A stretch of DNA of 64,000 nucleotides from a virus: IMG/VR virus record IMGVR_UViG_3300037804_000252, positions 1 to 64,000 of that record. One strand, given 5' to 3'. This document shows, in pieces, positions 56,901 to 63,536 of this stretch; position 1 is the stretch's first letter, and each line of letters begins with the position of its first letter. The notes beneath the pieces are model-generated. The model was not told the origin of the DNA. It searched no databases and saw only the letters and a list, made by a program, of their open reading frames with translations. Made by a program: the position numbers and the translations under genes.

Positions 56901-57398
56901 GTTTATCTCATCAATAGTAACTTCGGGTCTTCTATAAAACCTAACTCTATCTTCATTCGATATATTTTTATTTACTTGAAAAGTTCTTTCCCACTTAACA
57001 TTATAAACACCCTCCCATTGGTCTGGTACAACTCTTTTAACTCCCTCATCATCATACTCCTTTAGTTCACCTAAAACAGTAATCTTACCCAATCCAATTG
57101 GAGTATCATTATAAATGTAAACAGCTATTAGTTTAGATATACCTTCGTAGTATTCCGGAATACCATTACCTGGTTCAAAGTAGATTGGGTCTCCATTAAC
57201 ATCTAAAAGTTCAATCTTTATTTCGGTTGATTCTTTTAGATATTCTGAACCCTCTATAAGAAATCCATTCTTACCACCAGTAAACGTATCCTTAAATTCG
57301 GTTATTCTAAAGTAATCTGAATTTGGATTTTCATCATTTATAAATGTTTGAAATGATGATAAATTTTGAAGTGGTGAATATTTTTTAATTCTTGCCAT
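47910..57398 (-). CDS. Giant baseplate/tail fibre protein (3162 aa) with an internal Hint domain and C-terminal tail-fibre tip domain
   Basis: Ig-like repeats, short collagen-like segments, FRG.(W/Y) modules, Hint domain, terminal Y.KLPGG.IIQWG...V.FP..FP...WIAIGH; followed by a chaperone gene. Confidence 0.85.
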   Translation of the reverse strand: MARIKKYSPLQNLSSFQTFINDENPNSDYFRITEFKDTFTGGKNGFLIEGSEYLKESTEIKIELLDVNGDPIYFEPGNGIPEYYEGISKLIAVYIYNDTPIGLGKITVLGELKEYDDEGVKRVVPDQWEGVYNVKWERTFQVNKNISNEDRVRFYRRPEVTIDEINKPIFSNNSRLVTQTGTVDGIPLVPIENTNLSNFSLPTSYRLKIKTGNNWTGSIEGDPINFDNINYNPIVEEVVNETELIVTPPYSENGLVKSLTNENYSVTFPYLEGINDLATALTGSFAKIKITDMKTFVGDAARVKIFRRSQSNVTDFEFVQEIQLESNELLRDIETFSAPEELYGFFTEPIIEEYWVTSSNDLSVSLNQNFLYNSARLNSTGDNLFFTTKSLDIENDIEYSLDFNTRLSGSLVAGEKLTVFLSGSLNNVAKSQTIIEIPSSNGLFQKTNFNENFIADEFDSAQLYFDVNGSNWYINNLSLKASQETSFSPDVITFIQNVPKTLAVETFDYRFEFYDINNNYIPVLVEATKRFDGGNLNLFDKELEITPSNLYFTFDSASLPANPMPPTSIIFDIETSLLTGSISFTSGAYDEFGNFLSASEYAGGQYPGLLRNIDTRTPVLNVADFTGSRSDIVVQYIRFTGFAEGISDEVVITRVQDGKGGVNFEITPFRGTSIKNNSDKDLEIQAYRIDGINRIELKDGLPQTGFSDAKLRVLSSSIDPITSDVSSSYFLLSEVQTSGFIRGLTAGTTGSGEIDYNATFNRDSIDKELTVYLMDGPTSESILTSIILNDLQDGLASGFISFDAEQFGIKPRDERVFTPEIGRVTGSFYLRGTNSSPISGTLDIYPSMSVDPETKEPFYYMFYVTDSFDRRIDIVVTDKDNNIVDSGRPGEEVSYFVPIERKQLTTTFTYTEDITSASISVDKTFFSVPDGLPGVDSIIVDIDPRPVVLNADQRGNVFNYSNADTTITVTQGRLPLIFDDTKKPGTFTTSSITPLGIEYTTFDEILGDATMSLSGFRRMTDLTASVTYDLEIHPYFTGSFYTQSFVQQFKKTLEGADAINIELDPVSVTIDAEENGGIVDFSSANTTLRVKQGDTYMEFSTSSLVLPGTFSASLSPNQISIGTFSSSNDNSTERNLDDTLHFRDFNNFLTDSGSVDYQIKIYPFSITSGILSGSQTVNRKQLFSKNKEGIRARSVELSTTTEVANYDKDGIITSPVDASSLEPTSIFLTATPFNITSSQAYYEFFQEGFAVTFPGTNNQFEVGSGDLPAPGTTTTYRVDLRDGSISGPVFASKEVTISGVQSGANNYQVFLTNPSPTITVKVDGELDLSTTGTQIKAFKGTQELTNVQNYSSQQLDNVGDPIGTLGEFSSSIFNLDTYITQPSFPQGNPASVGPLTDWTLPQDNPTATVIYKVDIENGRATYFLSQSIASTKEGDVGPGLVFRGPWTGSIEYIYNKESKRRDSVLYSESGNEPYDTYYATKDSGSSFITPNDSSPGAGDAQAPTRDDGSGGREVNTDYWVSLGQEEFFVAAKLAIFEESFVKNTLNVGTPPTSYAVNPQITIAGGTDEPYIAVGQTGTIGFQEQGIWMGMSNSAGDAGTSILPKMSMKSNTVSGKYKSLEWNGETLTIRGALRQTPEGEVESRILAAWSTLVSGFSFIVGDTTSNNGITWECILVHDKGVGNDEPGVGSSYTTYWQESNLAAKTLRLTTDGQSFVEGTNGVLTPDFIEFTANKENIGTATSWTTSPSVTLYDASTGGSSTTTGDTVYLRKGDFGTNTAVTVTATAGGKSDEITVVRLTDGSNAITSVLSNESHTFQANSTGTITNFSDSGTEINAYEGTTPLTFKNPDQNIDINVNFEIQGPGNEGQGDAVITFSESDISSGQASMLQLMQILAELGILWVHDVNVDGGFQSEGVDVQSGFDYAKVKAINNTSGTNWEVVLSDEYEISGQGASGILFDFCAFDGDSDYQIRTSNPSALNNSEFTIEASLYKGFTGGQFPTIGGGGTTTGTIGNLTNFSTANGFINHVLKHKKANGDIVRLVKKQSFTRANAGVDGTSGTAGTAGSSGATGAPGAPGAGVVFRGVYDSTKLYFQSTERTDVVEGSDGNYYIVDNSNKNGLDTWDNPVGGSDWTSFGAQFSSVATDILLAQEVYVDQTINIGADNTGTPTIALNADASNNNENPFISIGQVVQDFGEDGIYLGYTGSLPVLSMSTGSRFLRYKDGAITLSDASFTGTGSAIIGPSLFIGETGPNTNEYRFTVDILGIVSASDANIAGTVQASSGKIGEWIIDETTNTLRDDGNEIILNPGDADIGIPPSIKIFSQSYEEVDTSAPRSMSVFVENNAFAIGLSSDVTESKASLNLIMSEFLPFTPTQTRLEQQAPATDNGGSYYFDLSHPSMLNQLFSFSVREDGIGTYGGRYNRPTTLDTSNIENQPFLIQTSSALPGNAGAYLTIFPSESFDLFGNSPVLGASRPSTNFYYYNENATGYGAPVQLYEAGSNPSELIPVSSREQIRIDSVSDFSSTAALNTSFTWSGSAATSVGGLRSNISATSTSNGKTFAKTTGTSIPSNTPITISAGVKTFKDITIPYLQLKQTGMTSPQNPTIAQPSNDPVFSGEIHGGIQAYPSPQQRRGSVYLEVINNDDVVIGETLLKTLYTYGPTNSYSNYQAEETFGGGGQLSVVGDTKITLSDGTTKLAKYITINDTILAWDDINKKWVSAKLSKIHKRDVSKVYKVTTTDGKEIEVSKNHCFWLFGTQLNSGKVKVTNLYDVYKNHTDLLEEDGYHVRIKDGDSIKAVKISKVEIIEKEEEVITFSVPHYVNYLSNGIISHNIIGGDTLEWVYQIIDGASSGGGNKSSSSETVEKSISIQESGPARLRYRWEVASASGQSFSVTSGGGFTAGPWNVHTTTFKTNTSTSNYTEEFFSNGGYSYGGWDQDITVQAENNFVEIRPAGIQVVSNNDRFVRIFRRELIDTATKLLEVGDGHLEITSRAFAVDPAASAYDDTNAQAIFAMGNILPMNPDVASTNSISATGGVYRPFALGKDGNRWKYLNGIDISGLAVSLVNSITGTTGQTTVVNNKDSYVKLPGGVIIQWGSVNQGTSYGIKNVGFPTEFPTSISAAVCSTLRNSAGGSGFNHVSNVDRNGMDIILDGTSGFWIAIGH
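48906..49361 (-). other. Hint (intein-like, BIL-type) domain of 152 aa with no endonuclease
   Basis: Block A SVVGDTKI...DG, block B VSKNH, blocks F/G V.TFSV....NY.SNGIISHN; the +1 residue is Ile. Confidence 0.85.
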
Positions 57399-57460
57399 TA
57401 AGTAATAGTTCCTTTAATTCCAGTATAAATATTTCAAAAATATAATTTAGAATATTTATT

Positions 57461-57487
57461 CTAAAGAAAACTAAAGAGTTCTAAAGA
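57461..57487 (+). promoter_or_regulatory. Three CTAAAGA direct repeats at 10-bp spacing, candidate operator
   Basis: ctaaagaaaa ctaaagagtt ctaaagaaat at 57461, 57471 and 57481, directly before the ATG at 57489. Confidence 0.6.
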
Positions 57488-57488
57488 A

Positions 57489-57656
57489 ATGAATAAAAAA
57501 TATGCAATGTTACAAATTGATGCTGAGGTTCATCAATTATTAAAGTCTTTTTGTAAAGAAAAGGGATATAAGATGAATGGATTAGTAGAGTCTCTTATAA
57601 AAGAAAAAGTATCACCGAAACAAACTCAACCACAAAACATTTTAAGGTCTAACTAA
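57489..57656 (+). CDS. Ribbon-helix-helix DNA-binding protein (55 aa), absent from the ORF track
   Basis: MNKKYAMLQIDAEVHQLLKSFCKEKGYKMNGLVESLIKEKVSPKQTQPQNILRSN: beta strand, helix, G turn, helix; fills the intergenic gap and has ATATTTAT upstream on its own strand. Confidence 0.8.
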   Translation: MNKKYAMLQIDAEVHQLLKSFCKEKGYKMNGLVESLIKEKVSPKQTQPQNILRSN

Positions 57657-58470
57657 CTGCTCTACCTTTCATCTGTTCCCAATCTCTATTCTTCCTAACC
57701 GAATCATTTGTTTTTTGGGTTGCGGATAAAACATTATTTGTTGTTCCCATAATTTGAGTAATGTAAAGTAGTGCCGATAAATCTTTTGGAAAACAATGTC
57801 CACCGAATCCAAAATCACCATCATGACCAGGTACGTTCCAATGTGAGTTACCCAATCGGTCATCATGAGTTGCATATTCAACAACTTTATCATAGTCAAT
57901 ATTCAAACCTTCACATAACTGATATATCTCATTCGCGAAAGAAACCTTTACCGATAAGAATGTATTAGTTAGATACTTTACCATTTCAGCATGAGTTGAA
58001 TCGGTTTTGATTATATTTGCTTTAGGAAATACTTTTGAAAATATCCTTTTTAGATTTGTTGTTGATGGTCTTGGTCCTCCTAAAATAATTCTATTTTGAT
58101 TATTATAATCTTCTATCGCATTCCTTTCAGTTAAAAACTCTGGGTTAAATACAATCTGTAAAGATGGAAACTTTTTATTTAATCTTTCGGTAGTTCCTGG
58201 TGGAATAGTTGATTTAATAACAACAGTTTTGGTTACACCAAATTCAAAACATCTTTTAACTGCATATTCTACAATTGAGGTATTACATCTACCAACCTCA
58301 TCCATTGGAGTTGGTAAACAAATAAATACAATTTCATTATCTAATGTTTTTTGTTCTGATGAATTACTTTTAGATGAGTCTAAATCATAAGTACTTATAT
58401 TGTAATACTTTTTGAATTTTTGATAAACTGCATTTCCTACAAAACCTTGACCTATTATTCCTATACCCAT
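57649..58470 (-). CDS. ugd: UDP-glucose/GDP-mannose dehydrogenase family protein (short phage form)
   Basis: GIIG.GFVG, IC.PTP, KSTIPPGTT, FNPEFL.E, E..K...N.F...K..F.NE, GFGG.CFPKD. Confidence 0.9.
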   Translation of the reverse strand: MGIGIIGQGFVGNAVYQKFKKYYNISTYDLDSSKSNSSEQKTLDNEIVFICLPTPMDEVGRCNTSIVEYAVKRCFEFGVTKTVVIKSTIPPGTTERLNKKFPSLQIVFNPEFLTERNAIEDYNNQNRIILGGPRPSTTNLKRIFSKVFPKANIIKTDSTHAEMVKYLTNTFLSVKVSFANEIYQLCEGLNIDYDKVVEYATHDDRLGNSHWNVPGHDGDFGFGGHCFPKDLSALLYITQIMGTTNNVLSATQKTNDSVRKNRDWEQMKGRAVS

Positions 58471-58473
58471 TTA

Positions 58474-61400
58474 TTAAAATTTAATGTTACTGAATCCATT
58501 TACTTTTTTAATTTCCATAAGAGAGTCTACCACATCTCTCATTGAATCAATATGTGATATAATCATTACAAAATCAAATTGTGTTTTTAGATATGCAAAC
58601 AACATATACAAAGATGTTAGGTTCTCATTATCTAATGTTCCAAATCCTTCATCAATTACTAAGAAGTTTGGTCTTGGTAAGTTACATACGTTGATTAGAG
58701 CGATTCTAATTGCCAATCCACTAATAAACTTCTCCATACCACTACACATCTCTAAACTCCACTTCTGGTCATCATAGACAATGTTAGCATTAATATTCTT
58801 ACCATCCATTTCTAATTGTAAACCAAACTCTACGATTTGACCCAAGATGTTATTTACTTCACCCTCAATCATTGGTAGTGCTTTAGAAATTAATTCATAA
58901 GATACACCATCTTTTCCTAATGAGTTTAGGTAGTATTCAAACAAACCATGTTGTTCTTCCAACTGAGATACCTCCTCAATTCTATCTTCTATTGTTTTCT
59001 TTTGATTCTTCAAAGAAGATACTGAACCATTTAGAACTAAGATGTCTGATTCACTATTTAACAAGATTTGTTTTGATTTGCCCAAGTCATGTCTTACATC
59101 TACAATCTCATCTCTAAGTTCTTTATTAATTTTTATTTGCTTCTCATTCTCTAAATAATCATCTATAATTTGTGTAACTTGAATAAGTTCACTATTTAGT
59201 TTGATTTCTTGAGTTTCGAATGTTGATAACTTGTTGATAAGTATGTTAATATCTCTACTTACTTTGTTTTCATCTTCTTTAAGTTTTTTCAACTTTTCAT
59301 ACTCTGCTTGAAATGGTGCTAACTCGTTTCGTTTAGATACCAACTCCGATTGTTTGTTTTCTAAATCACTTAGTTCTGATTTGATGGTTTCTAATTCACT
59401 CTCTACCTTTTCTTTTTGTTCTAAGATAGTTTGTGAGTTCTCCATACAAATATCACACTCTTCATTGTATTTATGGGAATCCAAATGTTGTTTTCTCTCA
59501 TTAAAGGATTCACTCTTTATAAGATGTTTCTCAATATTGTTTTCAACCAATGTAAGGTCATATCCCAACTCAGTATATTCGGTTAGACCCTTATCGATTT
59601 TATCCTCATCATATGAATCAATTTTTTCCTCTAATTCAATTTGAGTTTCTTCTAACTTACCAATCTTAGATTGTGTCTTATCTCTTTGAGATAGCAATTC
59701 GGTTAATGAAGTTTCCGAAGTCGATTTTTTATTTTCTAGGTCGGTCAAAGAATAATTGTCGGATTTAACTTTTACAATCTTTTCGTTGAGGGAGATTAAT
59801 TTCTGATTGTGCTTCTCCACCTTTTCTTTAGCAGTTTTTAGATGTACCTCCTCCAACTTATACTCTGCTTCTGCTCTTTTTAAGTCAGTTTGAATATCTG
59901 CCAACTTTTGAGTAAAGTCATCTTGTTTGAACTTTCGTATTAAAGAAGCATTATCTCTATTTTCTTCTTGAGCATGTGAATACAATTTATCAAAGATGTC
60001 CACACCCATAAATTGTGCTAAGATTTCTTTTCTTTCACTTTGTGATTTATCAATAAAGAGAGTGTTGTTTCCTTGTAAAGAAAGAGTAGTTAAAACAAAA
60101 TCTTCATACGTTCCTAAGTATTGTTGAATGATGGAGTTGGTATCCCTTCTCTGCTCTCCGTTCAGTGAATGAATACCACTCTCATCTTCTTTCCAGAAGG
60201 ATACATCTACTTTTAGATTTTTCCCCCTATTAATTAATTTAGCCCTTCTCTCAATAAAGTAATCTACATCTTGTATTTGAAAGTGTAGTTTACAATAAAA
60301 GTTAGACTTTCTATTATTAAGAATATTCTTTGCTATATAGGTTCTACTTGTTTTATCAAATATACAAAAGGATAGTGCATCGAATAAAGATGATTTACCT
60401 GAAGCATTTGGTGCGAATATACCCACTATACCATTTGCATTATTAAATCGTATCTTATTGTTCTCACCATATGAAAACATATTAGAGAATTCGAATTGTT
60501 TAGGAACCCACTGTATATTAGGTGTTACATCATCATCAACCAACTTTGTGTTGATTTGTCTATTGATTTGTTTTATCTTATCAATAGTTACATCATCTGC
60601 AAGATATTGTCTTTCCAAATAATCTTTAATCAATTCGTTTTGGAATTCAATATCTTTAACGTTTCCAATTGCTAATCTATCATCGAAGTTACCAGTCTTT
60701 TGTTTAGATAAGGTATCCATTCGAGTAACAGTGAACTCTTGTACTTTATATTGTTTTTTAATTTTTGTTAATGCCTTTTTAATCTGAGAAGGGTCAGTAT
60801 TCGAAACTCTAACTCTTAATCTAGGTTTCTTTGGCATATTAGTAACTGTTGGAACTATACCATCGTTTACATCTAAAGTATAGAAACCATAATCATTAGG
60901 AATATCAACTTCCTCAAAAGTTCTACTTTCAACATCCCATAATAGATAACCATGCTTCTCTAATGATTCTCCGTGGTTTTGTTGAATCATAGAACCAGCA
61001 TATGCTATTGTTGGAGTTCCTAATGTTTGTCTTTTGTGTATATCACCTAACATCACCATATCAAATCCATCGAACATATCAGTTGTGAATGAATTAGATG
61101 ATACAGTATATCCTATATCGGTTTGTGCTAAGTTAACAGGTCCGTGGAATAAACAAATAGTATTCTCACCTTCTACCAATTCTCCCTTTGGCCAATTCTC
61201 TTGGTTATCGAGTATCGAATATACCACAAAAGTAAGATTATGGAAGGGATACACACCAGTGTCTTTAAGATAATGGATTCTATCATTTTCTAAGTTTTCT
61301 ACAATTGGAGTAAGTACATCCAATCTATAATTATTGTTTAAGTTACAATCGTGATTACCTGTAATTAAGAATGTGTGTTTTCTATTTGCACATTCAGTTA

Positions 61401-61605
61401 AGAACCAACTGATTTCTCTGATTAACTCAGGACTCATTTCAGTTTTTGCGTGTGCGATATCACCAGCTAAATAGATAACTGAATTCTCAATGTTATCTTT
61501 ATCTACGTTGTTTAAGAATTTTTGGAATACTTCTCTATATTCCTTATGTCTTTTTAGATTACGAATATGTAAATCTGCTAAATGGTAGATTTTTTCTACT
61601 ATCAT
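58474..61605 (-). CDS. Fused Mre11/SbcD nuclease and Rad50/SbcC ATPase (T4 gp47-gp46-like)
   Basis: ADLH, GD..H, GNHD, FHG, GDIH phosphoesterase motifs, then Walker A PNASGKSS, zinc hook CDIC, signature SGMEK and Walker B IDEGFG.LD. Confidence 0.92.
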   Translation of the reverse strand: MIVEKIYHLADLHIRNLKRHKEYREVFQKFLNNVDKDNIENSVIYLAGDIAHAKTEMSPELIREISWFLTECANRKHTFLITGNHDCNLNNNYRLDVLTPIVENLENDRIHYLKDTGVYPFHNLTFVVYSILDNQENWPKGELVEGENTICLFHGPVNLAQTDIGYTVSSNSFTTDMFDGFDMVMLGDIHKRQTLGTPTIAYAGSMIQQNHGESLEKHGYLLWDVESRTFEEVDIPNDYGFYTLDVNDGIVPTVTNMPKKPRLRVRVSNTDPSQIKKALTKIKKQYKVQEFTVTRMDTLSKQKTGNFDDRLAIGNVKDIEFQNELIKDYLERQYLADDVTIDKIKQINRQINTKLVDDDVTPNIQWVPKQFEFSNMFSYGENNKIRFNNANGIVGIFAPNASGKSSLFDALSFCIFDKTSRTYIAKNILNNRKSNFYCKLHFQIQDVDYFIERRAKLINRGKNLKVDVSFWKEDESGIHSLNGEQRRDTNSIIQQYLGTYEDFVLTTLSLQGNNTLFIDKSQSERKEILAQFMGVDIFDKLYSHAQEENRDNASLIRKFKQDDFTQKLADIQTDLKRAEAEYKLEEVHLKTAKEKVEKHNQKLISLNEKIVKVKSDNYSLTDLENKKSTSETSLTELLSQRDKTQSKIGKLEETQIELEEKIDSYDEDKIDKGLTEYTELGYDLTLVENNIEKHLIKSESFNERKQHLDSHKYNEECDICMENSQTILEQKEKVESELETIKSELSDLENKQSELVSKRNELAPFQAEYEKLKKLKEDENKVSRDINILINKLSTFETQEIKLNSELIQVTQIIDDYLENEKQIKINKELRDEIVDVRHDLGKSKQILLNSESDILVLNGSVSSLKNQKKTIEDRIEEVSQLEEQHGLFEYYLNSLGKDGVSYELISKALPMIEGEVNNILGQIVEFGLQLEMDGKNINANIVYDDQKWSLEMCSGMEKFISGLAIRIALINVCNLPRPNFLVIDEGFGTLDNENLTSLYMLFAYLKTQFDFVMIISHIDSMRDVVDSLMEIKKVNGFSNIKF

Positions 61606-62540
61606 ATATTATTTAGTTTTGAAAGGATTAAATCATCCCAACCGGTTTCTTCGGTTTCTTTTAACAAGTTATTTATTTTATCAAATCCCAATTCACCAGC
61701 ATCACCACCTTCAGGTATAACATTCTTTACCTTTATACCATTTTTGATAAAATAGTTTGCATGCTTAGTAGAATCATCTATTGCATCGGAATCTAACAAT
61801 ATGTTGATTTCCTTTACACCCTTCTCTTTAATTTTGTTTTGTAAACTTCGAGGTATAAACTTTCCTAAAATAGGAATAACATTTCTCTTAACTGAGAATG
61901 AATCAAAAACACCTTCTACTAATGTAATAGGTTCTTTCCAATCAATTTGATTATCAAATACAATTACATTCCTACTGACAGGTGGATTCTTATATTTCAT
62001 CTTTTCATCTTCATAAAAAGAACGAGCAATGAAATAATTTAATTCACCATCTTCATTATAAGATGGAATAATTATTCTACCACTATATAATCCTTCCTCA
62101 CAATAACCAATGTTATATTTCAAAACCTCATCCATAGAAATACTTCTTTGTTTGAGATAATGAATTGCTTGATTATAACTTGGATTAATTGATTTTGGTT
62201 TTTTAGAAAGTGTTTTGAATTCCTTTGGAAGTCTGAGAACTATCTTCTCAACTTCTACTTCGTTTCGTTTTGGTTTATACTCACCATATATAGAATGAAT
62301 TCTTGCTAATTCACTCTTATCAAGATTTAGTTTATAAAGTAAGGATTGAATACTCCTACCCTTAGAGTCACATACCCAACAATGCCAATATTGAGATTCT
62401 AAATTTATTTGGAGTTTTTTCTTATGGTGATGGCAAAAAGGACAATGATGTGCTTGTTCATTTCCTTTCATTGATGTACCAACACCTAATGCAGAATCCA
62501 ATACGTTTATAACAACTAACTTATTTCTTGCGGAGAGCAT
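61602..62540 (-). CDS. DNA primase (zinc-binding domain plus Toprim)
   Basis: CPFC...HCWVC, YL..R.I, RIIIP, KY.NP, VEG.FD, LD.DA. Confidence 0.88.
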   Translation of the reverse strand: MLSARNKLVVINVLDSALGVGTSMKGNEQAHHCPFCHHHKKKLQINLESQYWHCWVCDSKGRSIQSLLYKLNLDKSELARIHSIYGEYKPKRNEVEVEKIVLRLPKEFKTLSKKPKSINPSYNQAIHYLKQRSISMDEVLKYNIGYCEEGLYSGRIIIPSYNEDGELNYFIARSFYEDEKMKYKNPPVSRNVIVFDNQIDWKEPITLVEGVFDSFSVKRNVIPILGKFIPRSLQNKIKEKGVKEINILLDSDAIDDSTKHANYFIKNGIKVKNVIPEGGDAGELGFDKINNLLKETEETGWDDLILSKLNNI

Positions 62541-62555
62541 AAATTAAATTTTATA

Positions 62556-62587
62556 CAAATATACGAAAAATATTTGGATTTACCAAA
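62556..62587 (-). promoter_or_regulatory. Bacteroidota primary-sigma promoter upstream of primase
   Basis: TTTG-N20-TATATTTG on the minus strand. Confidence 0.8.
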
Positions 62588-62591
62588 TTAT

Positions 62592-62795
62592 TTATGTAAG
62601 ACTTGAATCAGATACATCAAATAGGAATTCTCCTAGTTTTTTTATATCATTTATGGTTTGGGGGTCAGTTTTTCTTTTTTCAAGAATAGGAATCAACTGT
62701 TGAATTGATTTTACTGCTATTTTTAATCCATCATCCTTTGCATTCAAAGAATTTGGATTTATACCATGTTTTTTTGCTATTTGGTCTAAAGTCAT
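62592..62795 (-). CDS. Small hypothetical protein (67 aa)
   Basis: Start moved to MTLDQIAKK (62795) because the track's longer start overlaps the promoter -7 box. Confidence 0.65.
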   Translation of the reverse strand: MTLDQIAKKHGINPNSLNAKDDGLKIAVKSIQQLIPILEKRKTDPQTINDIKKLGEFLFDVSDSSLT

Positions 62796-62828
62796 AATAT
62801 TATTTTTTGTGTATATACAATTAATAAA

Positions 62829-62860
62829 CAAATATACGAATAATATTTTAATTATCCAAA
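62829..62860 (-). promoter_or_regulatory. Bacteroidota primary-sigma promoter
   Basis: TTTG-N20-TATATTTG on the minus strand. Confidence 0.8.
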
Positions 62861-63312
62861 TCTTTTTTATAAAATTTTCCTAATATATTACCATTTAGAC
62901 AATTATCATCTGAAAGTACATCATATTTGAATTGATAATGTACTTCATAATAAGATAATGATTTTTTTGAATAGCAGAATTGTAATACACTTCGTTTGAA
63001 CTCTTCTTCTTTACCTTCTGAGATTTGTTCTTTAATCCAATCGTTTGATGAGTAGTATTTCTGCCAGTCAGAAGATTTTCTAACTTTTTTCTTTTTGGGT
63101 AGTGAACCTCGTACACCTTTTAACTTTCGTTCTTCTTTGATACGTTGTAATTCTCTAACTCCGATTTTTACATTACGAACACTTTGTAATGATTTTTTAC
63201 CAATGTAGTATTTACCAGAAGGAATATGTTCTATTTTGTAAACAAATCCTACGGCATTTTCAGGTATAACATCTTCGGTAACATCGTTACCATTCCATAA
63301 CCAATTGACCAT
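62848..63312 (-). CDS. GIY-YIG-like endonuclease family protein
   Basis: GFVYKI......YYIGKK, W..Y.SS, F.R..L, Y.E...Q, N.NI. Confidence 0.78.
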   Translation of the reverse strand: MVNWLWNGNDVTEDVIPENAVGFVYKIEHIPSGKYYIGKKSLQSVRNVKIGVRELQRIKEERKLKGVRGSLPKKKKVRKSSDWQKYYSSNDWIKEQISEGKEEEFKRSVLQFCYSKKSLSYYEVHYQFKYDVLSDDNCLNGNILGKFYKKDLDN

Positions 63313-63320
63313 AAATTATT

Positions 63321-63503
63321 TTATTTGTGAGAATCTGTATAAGGTTTGGTATTTAATTTACCACCCCTTGCTTGTTTTAGTGCACTTTCATTTTTAGAAA
63401 GGTCTAAACCACCATCTGCTTCTAATTTAGTTTTGTCCCCACCTTTAAGGTTTGCTTTTGATACTGCTGGAGGAGTTTGTGCTAATCTTTCTTCTAAAGT
63501 CAT
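63321..63503 (-). CDS. Small hypothetical protein (60 aa)
   Basis: AAGGA upstream of the ATG and late-type motif at 63524-63532. Confidence 0.6.
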   Translation of the reverse strand: MTLEERLAQTPPAVSKANLKGGDKTKLEADGGLDLSKNESALKQARGGKLNTKPYTDSHK

Positions 63504-63536
63504 AATTGTTTTCCTTTATATATTATAAATATAACC

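Larger units (their letters stand above)
25149..63532 (-). promoter_or_regulatory. Dispersed candidate late-promoter motif ATAYTTATA (sense strand)
   Basis: Copies at 25149-57, 28168-75 (8 nt), 33482-90, 35742-50, 38719-27, 42205-13, 42633-41, 47471-79, 57424-32 and 63524-32, each in a short intergenic gap upstream of a minus-strand gene. Confidence 0.75.

Noticed and set aside
62848-63312. Intron-associated or clearly mobile homing endonuclease
   Set aside because: Free-standing, short, with no evident C-terminal DNA-binding repeats and no interrupted host gene or intron features
9949-63528. Other short overlapping ORFs in the track on either strand
   Set aside because: Nested in or antisense to well-supported genes, with no motifs or expression signals; only the untracked 57489-57656 plus-strand ORF is supported
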